Shown here piece after piece: positions 46,054-55,646 of a stretch of 62,836 nt of DNA. The stretch comes from Actinomycetota bacterium (GTDB taxonomy: Bacteria; Actinomycetota; UBA4738; HRBIN12): NCBI GenBank assembly GCA_046716145.1, contig JBKJXU010000304.1, positions 1 to 62,836 on the forward strand. Reading direction: 5' to 3'. The position numbers and the translations under genes are program-made. Positions within the stretch are counted from its first letter, which is position 1; each line of letters begins with the position of its first letter. Below the pieces are notes generated by a model, which searched no databases, was not told the DNA's origin, and saw nothing but the letters and a program-made list of their open reading frames with translations.

Positions 46054-46329
46054 TCAACCGCCGGCGACGGCGGGCAGGATGCTGACCTTGTCGCCGTCGG
46101 CGACCTCGGTCTCCAAAGAGCCCAGGTAGCGGACGTCTTCATCGTTCAGGTAGACGTTGATGAAGCGATGCAGTCCGCCGTCCTCGGCGATCACGTTCTT
46201 CGTGATGCCCGGGTGTCGGGACTCGAGATCATGCAGGACCTCCGACAACGTGGCGCCCTCTGCACTCACGCGGGCCTCGTTGCCCGCGAACTTCCGAAGG
46301 ATGGTGGGTAGCTTGACGGTGACAGCCAT
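46054..46329 (-). CDS. cysO: MoaD/ThiS-family sulfur carrier protein CysO (C-terminal GG)
   Basis: The 91-aa beta-grasp protein ends ...SILPAVAGG. Confidence 0.85.
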   Translation of the reverse strand: MAVTVKLPTILRKFAGNEARVSAEGATLSEVLHDLESRHPGITKNVIAEDGGLHRFINVYLNDEDVRYLGSLETEVADGDKVSILPAVAGG

Positions 46330-46339
46330 GATCGCTCCT

Positions 46340-47161
46340 CTAGGTCCGCGCGGGCACGCCGCAGAACGCCTCGTAGTCGATGAGCTCGGTGATGGTGGGC
46401 TCTTTGCCGCAGACCGGGCAATCGGCGTCCCACCGGATCTTCACTTCCTGGAAGTCCATGTGCAGGGCGTCGTAGAGGAGCAGACGCCCCTCGAGGGACC
46501 GACCCTCCCCCGTGATCAGCTTGATGGCTTCGGTCGCCTGGACCGCGCCGATGACGCCGGGCAGCACGCCGAAGACGCCTCCTTCGGCACAGGACGGAAC
46601 GGTCCCCGGCGGAGGCGGTGATGGGAAGAGGCAGCGGTAGCACGGGGTCTCCTGGCCTGGCATGAACACGGTGGCCTGCCCCTCGAACTGGTAGATCGAT
46701 CCGTAGACGAGCGGTTTGCCCGTGAACTGGCATGCGTCGTTCACCAGGTAGCGCACCGGGAAGTTGTCCGTGCCGTCGACGATGATGTCGTAGCCCTCGA
46801 AGACGTCGAAGACGTTCGTGGAGAACAGCAGGGTATCGTGCCCGACGACCTCGATGGTGGGGTTGATGGCGCGCAGGTGCTCTACCGCCGACTCCACCTT
46901 CGAACGGCCGACATCGGCGTCGGTGTGCAGGATCTGCCGCTGCAGGTTCGACACATCCACATGGTCGAAGTCGACGATGCCGAGCTTCCCGACCCCGGCC
47001 GCGGCGAGGTACATCGCGAGCGGCGAGCCGAGCCCGCCGGCGCCGATGCACAGCACGCTCGCGTCCAACAGCTTGCGCTGCCCCGCCCCCCCGACGTTCG
47101 GCAAGATGATGTGGCGCGCGTAGCGCTGGACCTGCTCCTCGGTGAACGTCGGCTGGCTCAT
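46340..47161 (-). CDS. ThiF/MoeB-family E1-like adenylyltransferase (no rhodanese domain)
   Basis: YARHIILPNVGGAGQRKL, the nucleotide loop GAGGLGSP, and a zinc tetracysteine CYRC...CPVC. The protein is 273 aa. The ATGA overlaps the mec stop. Confidence 0.85.
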   Translation of the reverse strand: MSQPTFTEEQVQRYARHIILPNVGGAGQRKLLDASVLCIGAGGLGSPLAMYLAAAGVGKLGIVDFDHVDVSNLQRQILHTDADVGRSKVESAVEHLRAINPTIEVVGHDTLLFSTNVFDVFEGYDIIVDGTDNFPVRYLVNDACQFTGKPLVYGSIYQFEGQATVFMPGQETPCYRCLFPSPPPPGTVPSCAEGGVFGVLPGVIGAVQATEAIKLITGEGRSLEGRLLLYDALHMDFQEVKIRWDADCPVCGKEPTITELIDYEAFCGVPART

Positions 47162-47556
47162 GCGGTCACGGACCCCTCTTCGGCGACTTCGCCGTCGCGG
47201 ATCCAGAACGACCGGAACACCGGGTTCGTTCGGTCCGCCAGGGAAAGCAGGATGTACCGCGACTCCGGGTACATGGCCAGGCGCACGTCCGTCTCGCTGG
47301 GGTAGGCGTCCGAATGCGTATGGGAGTGATAGATCGCCCACAGCTCCCACCCGCGCTCGTCCATCTCGTCGAACACGCGGAGTTGCTCTTCGCCGTCGAG
47401 CCGATAGGTCACGGGGGAGGCGTCGGCGTTGGCCATCGCGAAGACCTTGACCGGGACGCCGTCCTCCGACGCGATGAGGCCGCAGCACTCGTTCGGGAAC
47501 TCGCGGAGACCCTGCTCCACGATCTCCTTCGCGAGGACACCATCCAACTCCGCCAT
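47158..47556 (-). CDS. mec: JAMM/MPN+ metalloprotease Mec (CysO-cysteine peptidase)
   Basis: The JAMM motif is E...HSHTHSDAYPSETD. A GAGGAG Shine-Dalgarno precedes the ATG. Confidence 0.85.
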   Translation of the reverse strand: MAELDGVLAKEIVEQGLREFPNECCGLIASEDGVPVKVFAMANADASPVTYRLDGEEQLRVFDEMDERGWELWAIYHSHTHSDAYPSETDVRLAMYPESRYILLSLADRTNPVFRSFWIRDGEVAEEGSVTA

Positions 47557-47686
47557 CGTCGCTCCTCGGGAGGTCCGTTGCGGCGCACGCGCCACGCCTT
47601 TGTTGCAGGTGCAAATGCTACCAGCGGCCCTGATATTCCCGGCGCGGAGACTTGTCCCCCGCTCCTTCGCGACCGATGCTCCTGGG

Positions 47687-48388
47687 ATGGACGATCACAC
47701 GAGCGAGCCCGCGCAGCCCGCGGGGAGCGAGCCCCCCGCCCCGCCGTTCGGCGCTGCGGCCCCTCCGCCCCCGACGGGGTCCGCACTCCCACCGATGCCG
47801 CACGAGTGGGGCAGCACGCCGGTGCAACCCGCTCCCGTCGTCCCCAAGCGCCGGCTCGGCCTACTCGTGGCCGTCGTCGTCGTCGCCGCGGTCGTGGTTT
47901 TCGCGGTCGTGAAGCTGACCGGAGGGAGTTCATCCCGACTGCCTGATTCGTTCGCGGGGGCCGAGCGCGTCGACTCCGGTCCGATCGCGGATGTCTTCGA
48001 CTCGTTCTCCGACTCGTTCAGCGAACTCGGGATGCAACTGGAGTTCGCCATCTACGGCGGGGAACTCGACCCTTCGTTCATGATCATGACGATGCAGGGC
48101 GACGCCGTGGCCGCGGGCGGAGACCTCAGCAGCCAGTTCCAGCAAGGGTTCGTCTCGGGGATGGGCGCCGACGTGGACATGTCCGCCGCGATCGAAGACT
48201 CCGTGGACGGCGTAGACTACGTGTGCGTCCCCGCGACCGGTGCGCAGTTCAGCAGCATCGGCGGCCGCGTGGGGCTCTGCCTGTATCAAGACGGCGACCT
48301 GGTCGCGATGGTGATGTCGCTCCAGGACGACCAACTGAACGCGCTGCTCCAGCAGACCAAGGACCTGCACGAACAGATCGCGGGCTAG
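47687..48388 (+). CDS. membrane-anchored hypothetical protein (Pro-rich N-terminus, single TM)
   Basis: MDDHTSEPAQPAG...PPPP, then the TM LGLLVAVVVVAAVVVFAVV, then an extracytoplasmic domain with no recognisable motif. Confidence 0.5.
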   Translation: MDDHTSEPAQPAGSEPPAPPFGAAAPPPPTGSALPPMPHEWGSTPVQPAPVVPKRRLGLLVAVVVVAAVVVFAVVKLTGGSSSRLPDSFAGAERVDSGPIADVFDSFSDSFSELGMQLEFAIYGGELDPSFMIMTMQGDAVAAGGDLSSQFQQGFVSGMGADVDMSAAIEDSVDGVDYVCVPATGAQFSSIGGRVGLCLYQDGDLVAMVMSLQDDQLNALLQQTKDLHEQIAG

Positions 48389-49440
48389 GGCGCCAGCCGC
48401 CCGGAGACGGCGAGAGCGGGCTCCCCGGCGACGCAGGTACCGATGACCACGCCCCTGACACCCTCCTCGGCGAGCGCGGTCACGAGCCCCCCGGCGTCGG
48501 CGGTCGCGAGCAGCAGGCCGCCGCTCGTCTGCGCATCCGCCAGGACCATCTGTTCGGGCATCGTGAGCGAGCCCCACGCCGTCCGCGGACCCAGCCACGC
48601 GTGATTACGTTTCGTTCCCCCCGGCACCACGTCGGAGCGCGCGAGGTCCAGCACCCCATCGAGGAAGGGCACGGCTCCCGCATCGATCTCCGCCCCGCAC
48701 CCGCTCGCCTCGAGCATCCGCAACAGGTGCCCCAACAGGCCGAACCCGGTGACATCGGTCCCGGCGATCACGCCCATGCGGAGGGCGGCGCGCGCCGCGC
48801 GATCGTTGAGCGAGGTCATCCACGCGATCGCGTCCTCGGTCTGCGCCGCGGTGGCGACCCCGCGTTTGATCGCGGTCGTCACGATGCCGATCCCCAGCGG
48901 CTTGGTGAGGACGAGGTCCCATCCGGGCCGAGCGGCGTCGTTGCGGATCAAACGATCGGGGTCGGCGAACCCCACCGCCACCATCCCGTACAGGGGCACA
49001 CGTTCGGTGGTGATGGTGTGTCCCCCCAACACCGGCGCTCCGGCCTGCGTGGCGACCTCCAGTCCACCCCGCAAGACCTCGCCGAGCATCGCGAGCGGGA
49101 GCTCGTCGACCGGCCAACCCGCCATGTTGAGCACGAACGCCGGCGTCCCGCCCATCGCGTAGACGTCGGAGAGTGCGTTCGCCGCGGCGATCCGGCCCCA
49201 ATCGAACGGATCGTCGACCACGGGGGTGAAGACGTCGAGCGTGACCACCAGCGCCCGGCCGTCGGGCAAGGCCCACACCGCGGCGTCGTCGCCGGTGTCG
49301 CCCGCGACCAAGACCTGCGCGGGACGCGCTCCAACGGGGAGCGAGCCGAGGACCTCGGAAAGTTCGGCAGGCCCGAGTTTGCAGGCGCAGCCCGCACCAT
49401 GGCTGAAGCTGGTGAGACGAGGAGCCGCCGACGCGTCCAT
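48385..49440 (-). CDS. selD: selenide, water dikinase SelD (Cys form)
   Basis: The N-terminal LTSFSHGAGCACKLGP matches the SelD glycine-rich Cys/Lys loop. AIR-synthase-like domains follow. The ATG overlaps the upstream stop by 1 nt. Confidence 0.85.
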   Translation of the reverse strand: MDASAAPRLTSFSHGAGCACKLGPAELSEVLGSLPVGARPAQVLVAGDTGDDAAVWALPDGRALVVTLDVFTPVVDDPFDWGRIAAANALSDVYAMGGTPAFVLNMAGWPVDELPLAMLGEVLRGGLEVATQAGAPVLGGHTITTERVPLYGMVAVGFADPDRLIRNDAARPGWDLVLTKPLGIGIVTTAIKRGVATAAQTEDAIAWMTSLNDRAARAALRMGVIAGTDVTGFGLLGHLLRMLEASGCGAEIDAGAVPFLDGVLDLARSDVVPGGTKRNHAWLGPRTAWGSLTMPEQMVLADAQTSGGLLLATADAGGLVTALAEEGVRGVVIGTCVAGEPALAVSGRLAP

Positions 49441-50078
49441 CAGGAGGGTCCGAAACTCGTTAGCCAACTCGCCCAGGTGACGCCCTTGTCGAAGCTGATG
49501 GCGATCGTGGTGGGGCGATAGCCGCCCTGGACCCGGAAGAGCGAAACCCCGGAGATCGCCTTCCCCGGACCGATCGTCCGCGGCTTGTGCAGATCGAGGT
49601 TCGACACGCCGTAACGCTCCGGATGCGGATGCAGGTCCGACTCGCCCGGCGTCGGGATCGGCTGAAGGACCACGCCGCTCGCATCGGTGAAGGTCACGAA
49701 CCCACCCGGAAAGCCGCTCCATGCGGGGCCGTCGGCGTTCTCGATAGTGAACCACACGCTGAACGGCCGCCCGTCGGGACCGACGACCGGGCCGATCGCG
49801 GTGGACACGAGGGTCACATGCATCGTCCCCCCGGCCGAGTTCGGCGCGGCGATGGTGTCGCCCGCCCAGCCCGTGGTCCTATCGGTGATCTCCCGCGGCG
49901 GTGGCGAGTACGGGATCAGCGGATCGGGACCGGGCCCCGGGCTGGTCGCCGGGCTCGTCGGCGCGCTCGTGGCGGTCGTCGGTTGCCCGCTCGAGACGGA
50001 ACCGGTCGACGGCTCGCACGCCGCAGCGATCACCGCGGCCGCGGCCAACGCGAGCAGGACCGTGCGGCGAACGACCAT
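49440..50078 (-). CDS. lipoprotein with Pro/Thr/Ser linker (DUF4352-like)
   Basis: The signal plus lipobox is LALAAAAVIAAAC. A low-complexity PTTATSAPTSPATSPGPGP linker precedes a beta-rich domain. Confidence 0.55.
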   Translation of the reverse strand: MVVRRTVLLALAAAAVIAAACEPSTGSVSSGQPTTATSAPTSPATSPGPGPDPLIPYSPPPREITDRTTGWAGDTIAAPNSAGGTMHVTLVSTAIGPVVGPDGRPFSVWFTIENADGPAWSGFPGGFVTFTDASGVVLQPIPTPGESDLHPHPERYGVSNLDLHKPRTIGPGKAISGVSLFRVQGGYRPTTIAISFDKGVTWASWLTSFGPS

Positions 50079-50109
50079 CGAGGAAGTGTAGCGACGGCCT
50101 CGGCGCGGG

Positions 50110-50886
50110 TCAGGACAGCTCGATGCCCATCGCGTGGAACCCGCCGTCCACGTGGATCAGCTCGCCGCTGATCCCACGGGAAAGGTCCGAGAGCAAGAAC
50201 GCGACCGTCTCCCCCACCGGGGAGGGATCGTCGACATCCCACCCCATCGGCGCGCGCCGGCCCCAGAGGTCCGTGATCCGATCGAAGCCGGGGATGCCCT
50301 TGCCGGCCATCGTGCGGATCGGGCCGGCGCTCACGGTGTTCACGCGGATCGCCTTCGGTCCCAGGTCGCGCGCCAGGTAGCGCGTGACCGACTCGAGCCC
50401 GGCCTTCGCAACGCCCATCCAGTCATACACGGGCCAGGCCACCTGCGCGTCGAAGTCGAGCGAGACCACCGAGGCCGAGCCCGCGGCCTCCATCAACGGC
50501 AGCATGCCGACGGCGATCGCCTTCAGGGAGTAGGCGCTCGTCCGTACGGCGGTCGCGACCGACTCCCACGGGGTGTTGAGGAAGTTCCCACCCAGGGCGT
50601 CCGGTGGGGCGAACGCGATCGCGTGCAGGAAGCCATCCAGGTGTCCCCAGCGGGTTTCGAGCTCGGCCCGCACGGCCTCGATCTGACCCTCGTCGTTCGC
50701 GTCCATCTCCAGGACGTCCGCGGGCGAGGGCAGGCGTCGCGCGGTCTTCTCGGTCAGGCTCACGGTCCTGCCGAAGTTCGTGAGGACGATCTCCGCCCCA
50801 TGCTCCTGTGCCGCCTTCGCCGCCGCGAACGCGATCGAGGACGGCGTGAGCACCCCGGTGATCAACAGCTTCTTGCCTTCGAGCAC
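50110..50886 (-). CDS. fabI: enoyl-ACP reductase (FabI/InhA)
   Basis: GKKLLITGVLTPSSIAF, the Y-x6-K context YDWMGVAKAGLE, and IRVNTVSAGPIRT. It is colinear with mycobacterial InhA. Confidence 0.88.
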   Translation of the reverse strand: MLEGKKLLITGVLTPSSIAFAAAKAAQEHGAEIVLTNFGRTVSLTEKTARRLPSPADVLEMDANDEGQIEAVRAELETRWGHLDGFLHAIAFAPPDALGGNFLNTPWESVATAVRTSAYSLKAIAVGMLPLMEAAGSASVVSLDFDAQVAWPVYDWMGVAKAGLESVTRYLARDLGPKAIRVNTVSAGPIRTMAGKGIPGFDRITDLWGRRAPMGWDVDDPSPVGETVAFLLSDLSRGISGELIHVDGGFHAMGIELS

Positions 50887-50895
50887 GCGCTCCTC

Positions 50896-51219
50896 CTATG
50901 ACGGCGGGTTCGTCGTGATCCGGATGTCCAGGCTCCCAGCATCATCCATCTGTGTGACCTCGATCGCCCACGTGCGCCCGCCCGTCTCGGCGGCCGTGCA
51001 TGTGAAGGTGGCACCGGCGGCCACCACGACGCCATCGGGGCATTCGACGGACGCGATCTCGGGGCCATCGGCTGCCTGCAGTTGCGTCAGGATCTGCGCA
51101 GCCGCGCTGTCGGCGTCGAGCGTCGGCTCTTGGCACGCGACGGCCGTGAGCGCCAGGATCGAGAGCGGAACGACCGTTCGCACCAACCCCGAATGCACCG
51201 ACCGCAGCACGCGGGGCAC
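50896..51219 (-). CDS. DUF4333-like small lipoprotein
   Basis: Lipobox LTAVAC, plus VECPDGVVVAAGATFTC, which is typical of DUF4333. Confidence 0.6.
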   Translation of the reverse strand: MPRVLRSVHSGLVRTVVPLSILALTAVACQEPTLDADSAAAQILTQLQAADGPEIASVECPDGVVVAAGATFTCTAAETGGRTWAIEVTQMDDAGSLDIRITTNPPS

Positions 51220-51233
51220 CGTACCATCACCCC

Positions 51234-51947
51234 ATGGACCTGGGGATCGGCGGCAAGGTCGCCCTCGTCACGGCGGCGAGCAAGGGCCTCGGGTACGCCT
51301 GCGCGGAGGCACTCGCGACGGAAGGATGCCTGGTCGCGATCACCGGCCGGGACCCCGGCGGGCTCGAGGCGGCCGCCGCCACCTTGCCGCCCGGGACCCT
51401 CACGCTCGTCGGTGACATGTCCGATCCCGCCACGCCGGCTTCCCACGTCACGTCCGTCCTGCAGCGGCTCGGCCGGTTGGACATCGTCGTGGCCAACGCC
51501 GGCGGTCCGCCGCGCGCCCGCGCGCTCGATGTGGAACCGGCACCGATGGGCGCGGCGCTGCAGACGAACCTCCTCAGCTCCATCGCGCTCGTGCAGGCGG
51601 CGATCCCGCATCTGCGAGCGGCCGGAGGAGGTCGGATCGCGCTTATCACCTCGAGCGCCGTGAAGCAACCGATCCCGGACCTCGCCTACTCAAACGTCGC
51701 CCGAGCAGGGTTGTGGGCGTGGGCGAAGACGGCCGCGCACGACCTGATCGGCGACGGCATCACGCTGAACCTCGTGTGTCCTGGACTGCATGACACCGAC
51801 CGCATCCGCGAACTCGGGTCCGAAGGGCGGATGGGCGATCCGGGCGACTTCGGCCGGGTCGTGGCGTTCCTGTGCTCCTCGCACGCGGGCAACATCTCGG
51901 GCTCGGCCATCGCCGTGGACGGCGCGGGTACCCTGGGCCTCTTGTGA
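51234..51947 (+). CDS. SDR family oxidoreductase
   Basis: TAASKGLG is a variant of the TGxxxGxG cofactor motif. NAGG and the YSNVARAG (Y-x3-R/K) region are also present. Confidence 0.8.
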   Translation: MDLGIGGKVALVTAASKGLGYACAEALATEGCLVAITGRDPGGLEAAAATLPPGTLTLVGDMSDPATPASHVTSVLQRLGRLDIVVANAGGPPRARALDVEPAPMGAALQTNLLSSIALVQAAIPHLRAAGGGRIALITSSAVKQPIPDLAYSNVARAGLWAWAKTAAHDLIGDGITLNLVCPGLHDTDRIRELGSEGRMGDPGDFGRVVAFLCSSHAGNISGSAIAVDGAGTLGLL

Positions 51948-53593
51948 ACCCCGCTGCCGAGACCGCCGACCGCCTCATCACGAGCCTCTGGGACGATCTG
52001 CTGCGCCTGCAGCCCATGCTCGGCACGTACACCGGTGATCGCCGTCACGACCACGAGTTGCCGGACCCGAGCGAGGACGGCCGAGCCGACGCCGAGTCGG
52101 TGTACGGCGACGCGCTCCGTGTGATCGGCGGTATCGACCGGCTGGCGTGCGACCCCGGGGTGCAGACGACGCTGGAGATCGCGGAGGCCATCTGCCGCAC
52201 CGAGATGCTGCTGAACCGCGTGCGGATGGATCTCTGGAACGTGGCGAGCCACATGGGGGGGCCATCCACCTTGCTCGGGGAGCTGAGCTCCGTCCAGGCG
52301 ACCGATACACCGGAAGCGCTCGAGGCATACGAGGCCCGCCTGCGTTCGTTCCCTCGCTACCTGCAAGCTTGCGAAGACGTCGGACGCGAGGGGATCGCGA
52401 CAGGCATCGTCGCGCCGCGCGTCGTCGTGGAGCGGTCGCTCGCGATGCTCGACCGCATGCTCGAACTCGGCCCGGCCGAGTCGCCGGCGACCGCGGGGCT
52501 GAACGGGGGGGACCCGGCCGCGCGCGAACGGATCGAGCGTGCAGCCCGGGAGGCCGTCATACCTGCGCATGCACGGTTCCGTGATTTCCTGGGCCGCGAC
52601 TATCTGCCGGCTGCTCCCGACACCTGGGGGCTGATCGGAACCCCCGGCGCCGAGACCATGTATGCGGCCGCGATCCTCGCCTCGACGTCGCTCGAACTGA
52701 CCCCCGACGAGGTCCACGCCATCGGGGTGGAACGGCTGGGCGTGATCGAGACCGAGCGGAACGAGATCGCGGCATCTCTGGGGTACCCCGATGCCGCCAC
52801 GGCGGTAGCCGACCGCACGGCTCACGGAGAGAACGCGGTTGCCGAAGAAGATCTGCTGGCCCTCGTCGAAGACCAGGTCGCGCGCTCGTGGGACGCCGCG
52901 CCCGCGTTCTTCGGCCGGCTGCCATCGGCGAACTGCCAGGTCCGGCTGGTGGAGGACTTCCGCGCGGCCGAGTCGCCGTTCGCCTTCTATAACCCGCCGA
53001 CCGAGGATGGATCGCGGCCCGGCGTCTACTACATCAACCCCTTCGGGCTCCACGAACGGCCCCGGCACCACCTTGCCGGCGTCACGTTCCACGAAGCCAA
53101 CCCCGGTCATCACTTCCAGACCTCGCTCGAGATGGAGATGCCCGACCGGCCACCGCTGCGGAAGTTCGGAGCCGACCTGGCCGGCGGCGCGTTCGCCGAG
53201 GGGTGGGGCTTGTACGCGGAACGACTGGCCGACGAGATGGGGCTGTACCTCGACGATTGGGAACGGCTCGGGATGTTGGAGAACCAAGCCCACCGGGCCG
53301 CGCGCCTCGTGGTGGACACCGGCCTGCACGCCCTCGGCTGGGAGCGCGACCGCGCGATCGCGATGCTGATCGACGCCGGCCTGTCCACGATCGACGCCGC
53401 CGTCGAAGTGGACCGTTACATCGCGATGCCCGGGCAAGCCCTGTGCTACATGATCGGGTTGATCGAGATCGAACGGGCGCGCGAGGTGGCCATGGCTACA
53501 CCCGGTGCTTCGCTCCAGGCGTTCCACGACGACGTGCTCGCCCAGGGCCAACTCCCCATGCCGGCATTCCGTCGGACGTTCGGGGTCGCATAG
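51944..53593 (+). CDS. DUF885 family protein (metallopeptidase-like)
   Basis: A GTGA overlap joins it to the SDR gene. The HEANPGHH motif and the conserved YMIGLIEI C-terminal region are present. Confidence 0.75.
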   Translation: MNPAAETADRLITSLWDDLLRLQPMLGTYTGDRRHDHELPDPSEDGRADAESVYGDALRVIGGIDRLACDPGVQTTLEIAEAICRTEMLLNRVRMDLWNVASHMGGPSTLLGELSSVQATDTPEALEAYEARLRSFPRYLQACEDVGREGIATGIVAPRVVVERSLAMLDRMLELGPAESPATAGLNGGDPAARERIERAAREAVIPAHARFRDFLGRDYLPAAPDTWGLIGTPGAETMYAAAILASTSLELTPDEVHAIGVERLGVIETERNEIAASLGYPDAATAVADRTAHGENAVAEEDLLALVEDQVARSWDAAPAFFGRLPSANCQVRLVEDFRAAESPFAFYNPPTEDGSRPGVYYINPFGLHERPRHHLAGVTFHEANPGHHFQTSLEMEMPDRPPLRKFGADLAGGAFAEGWGLYAERLADEMGLYLDDWERLGMLENQAHRAARLVVDTGLHALGWERDRAIAMLIDAGLSTIDAAVEVDRYIAMPGQALCYMIGLIEIERAREVAMATPGASLQAFHDDVLAQGQLPMPAFRRTFGVA

Positions 53594-53601
53594 AAGCGCA
53601 C

Positions 53602-54462
53602 TCAGGGGCGCCGGCCCGCGAGCAGCACGTAGTCCAGCAACCCGCGGCGCCAGAGGAGTTCGACCTGCGCGAGCATCACCCCGGCGCCCGATGCCTGCGC
53701 ACCCCGGGGCGCGGCATCGAGCCGGTCGCGGACGAATCGGAGCGCGGGTCCGATCGAGCGGTCCCCCACGCGCCGCACGCGGACATCGGTGAACCCTGCG
53801 CGCTCGGCGAGCCGGCCGATCTCACCCGGCGTGGCGGCCGCATGCCGGCGAAGCCCCCAGACGCGCAGCTGCGAGAGAGCCGCTGCGGCCTCTCGGGGTC
53901 CGCGGGGCAGCCGCACGGTCGCGATGTCGCTCGTGCTCAGCACTCCTCCGGGACGCAGCACACGGAACGCCTCTTCGAAGAATCGAGCGCGCGACGGGAA
54001 ATGGAACGCCGCTTCGACGCTGATGACCCCGTCGAACGCGCGGGCGCGCAGCGGCATGCGACACGCATCGCCATTGACCCCCCACGCGTTCGCCTCGTGC
54101 AACCGGGCGCGTCCGGCGAGCAGCTGGGACAGGGTCACGTTGAGCGCGGTGAGCGATCGCGCCTGCGCGATCTCCGAGATCAGGGCATCCTGCGCTGCGA
54201 GGCCGTTCCCGACGTCGAGCACGTCGCCGCCGGTGGGCAGCGGGCTCGCGACCTCGCGAACGAGCCTGCGCACCGCCACCGGTGCTTCGGCGGGATCGGA
54301 ACCGTCGCCTTCCCAGAGGCCAAGGTTGAGCCACCCGTCGTCCAGGGCCAGGAAGAAGTGCTCGCCGATGCTCTCGTAGACGGTGGCCGCGGGGTTGCGG
54401 CTGTACCGGAGCATGCGAGCCGCGTGCCGGATGTTCTCCCTGGTGAGACGCGCCCGGCTCAC
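53602..54462 (-). CDS. class I SAM-dependent methyltransferase
   Basis: The GTG start overlaps the upstream stop (GTGA). The motifs VLDVGNGLAAQD and LRPGGVLS are present. Confidence 0.75.
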   Translation of the reverse strand: MSRARLTRENIRHAARMLRYSRNPAATVYESIGEHFFLALDDGWLNLGLWEGDGSDPAEAPVAVRRLVREVASPLPTGGDVLDVGNGLAAQDALISEIAQARSLTALNVTLSQLLAGRARLHEANAWGVNGDACRMPLRARAFDGVISVEAAFHFPSRARFFEEAFRVLRPGGVLSTSDIATVRLPRGPREAAAALSQLRVWGLRRHAAATPGEIGRLAERAGFTDVRVRRVGDRSIGPALRFVRDRLDAAPRGAQASGAGVMLAQVELLWRRGLLDYVLLAGRRP

Positions 54463-55646
54463 GCCGCCGCCCTCCACGCGTCGCGGATCTTCACGCGCGT
54501 GCCCGTGCGCAGGACCGCGCCCGCGTACAGCCGGCCCGCGAGCGGCACGAACGCAGCCGCGGCACCCACCATCAGCCCGACCGACAGCGCGATCTCCCAC
54601 GGCGCGGCCGACCCGAGCACGATCCGGACCGGCATCGCCAGAGCGGCGGACGTGGGAAGGATCGACGCGATCCGCACGAGGGTGCCATCGGGATCGTCCA
54701 ACGCACCGATCGAGATGATGAACGAGACGAGGATCACGAGGTTGATCGGCACCAACGCGTTCTGGAGCTCCTCCATGCGGCTCACCAGCGCGCCCGCGAC
54801 CGCGAACAACGAGGCGTAGAACGCATAGCCGAGCACGAAGTAGCCCAGCACGAGCCCGGCCGCACCGATCGCGGTCCCCGGCACGTCGATCACGCCGACC
54901 GCGATCGCGAGCGAGATCGCGAACGTCGCGATGAACGCGAGCTGCGCGAGCCCGAGGAGACCGATCCCGGCGATCTTGCCGAGCATCAGTTGCCGAGCAC
55001 GGATGGTGGAAAGCAACATCTCAACGACCCGCGACGTCTTCTCCTCGATCACACCCGAGGCCACCCAGACGCCGTAGCCGAAGAGCTGTCCGTACAGCAG
55101 CAGGACACCGATGAAGGCGATCGCGCCGTTCTGGTCACGGTTCGGGTCCCCCGCATCCAGGACCCCGGCATCGAGCGGAGTCGGGTCGGACACGGCCGTG
55201 ACGTCATCGGCACCACCCCCGAGTGCCACGATGACGCGTTCGATGCGCAGACTCGCTTCGGCGGCCTGCAAACCCAGGTGCAGCGGCGCCGGGATGGTGT
55301 GCAGGCCCGTGAGCGATGTGCCGTCCAGCACGGCGTCCACCCCGCCCGTGCGCAACGCCTGGAACGCATCGGCCGCATCGTCGAACGCGACCAGCCGCAC
55401 GCGCACCGTGCCGAGCCCTTGCGCCGACGCCAGACGCTCCGCGGCGGGGCTCTCCCCCACCACCCCGAGCTGGAACGTCGGGACCCCACCGCCGCTCACG
55501 CCGCGCAGCACGATCAGGACCGAGATGACGGCGAGGTTGATGAGGGTCGACACGATGAAACTGCGTTCGCGCAGCCGAACCCGGAAGTCGCGCGCCGCCA
55601 CGAGGCGCCACGCGCCCCGGTCGGTCCCCGTCGCGCCGACGCTCAC
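54459..55646 (-). CDS. ABC-2 type transporter permease (NatB-like)
   Basis: An N-terminal TM, a large extracytoplasmic loop, then five C-terminal TMs. It is coupled to the ATPase gene. Confidence 0.75.
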   Translation of the reverse strand: MSVGATGTDRGAWRLVAARDFRVRLRERSFIVSTLINLAVISVLIVLRGVSGGGVPTFQLGVVGESPAAERLASAQGLGTVRVRLVAFDDAADAFQALRTGGVDAVLDGTSLTGLHTIPAPLHLGLQAAEASLRIERVIVALGGGADDVTAVSDPTPLDAGVLDAGDPNRDQNGAIAFIGVLLLYGQLFGYGVWVASGVIEEKTSRVVEMLLSTIRARQLMLGKIAGIGLLGLAQLAFIATFAISLAIAVGVIDVPGTAIGAAGLVLGYFVLGYAFYASLFAVAGALVSRMEELQNALVPINLVILVSFIISIGALDDPDGTLVRIASILPTSAALAMPVRIVLGSAAPWEIALSVGLMVGAAAAFVPLAGRLYAGAVLRTGTRVKIRDAWRAAA

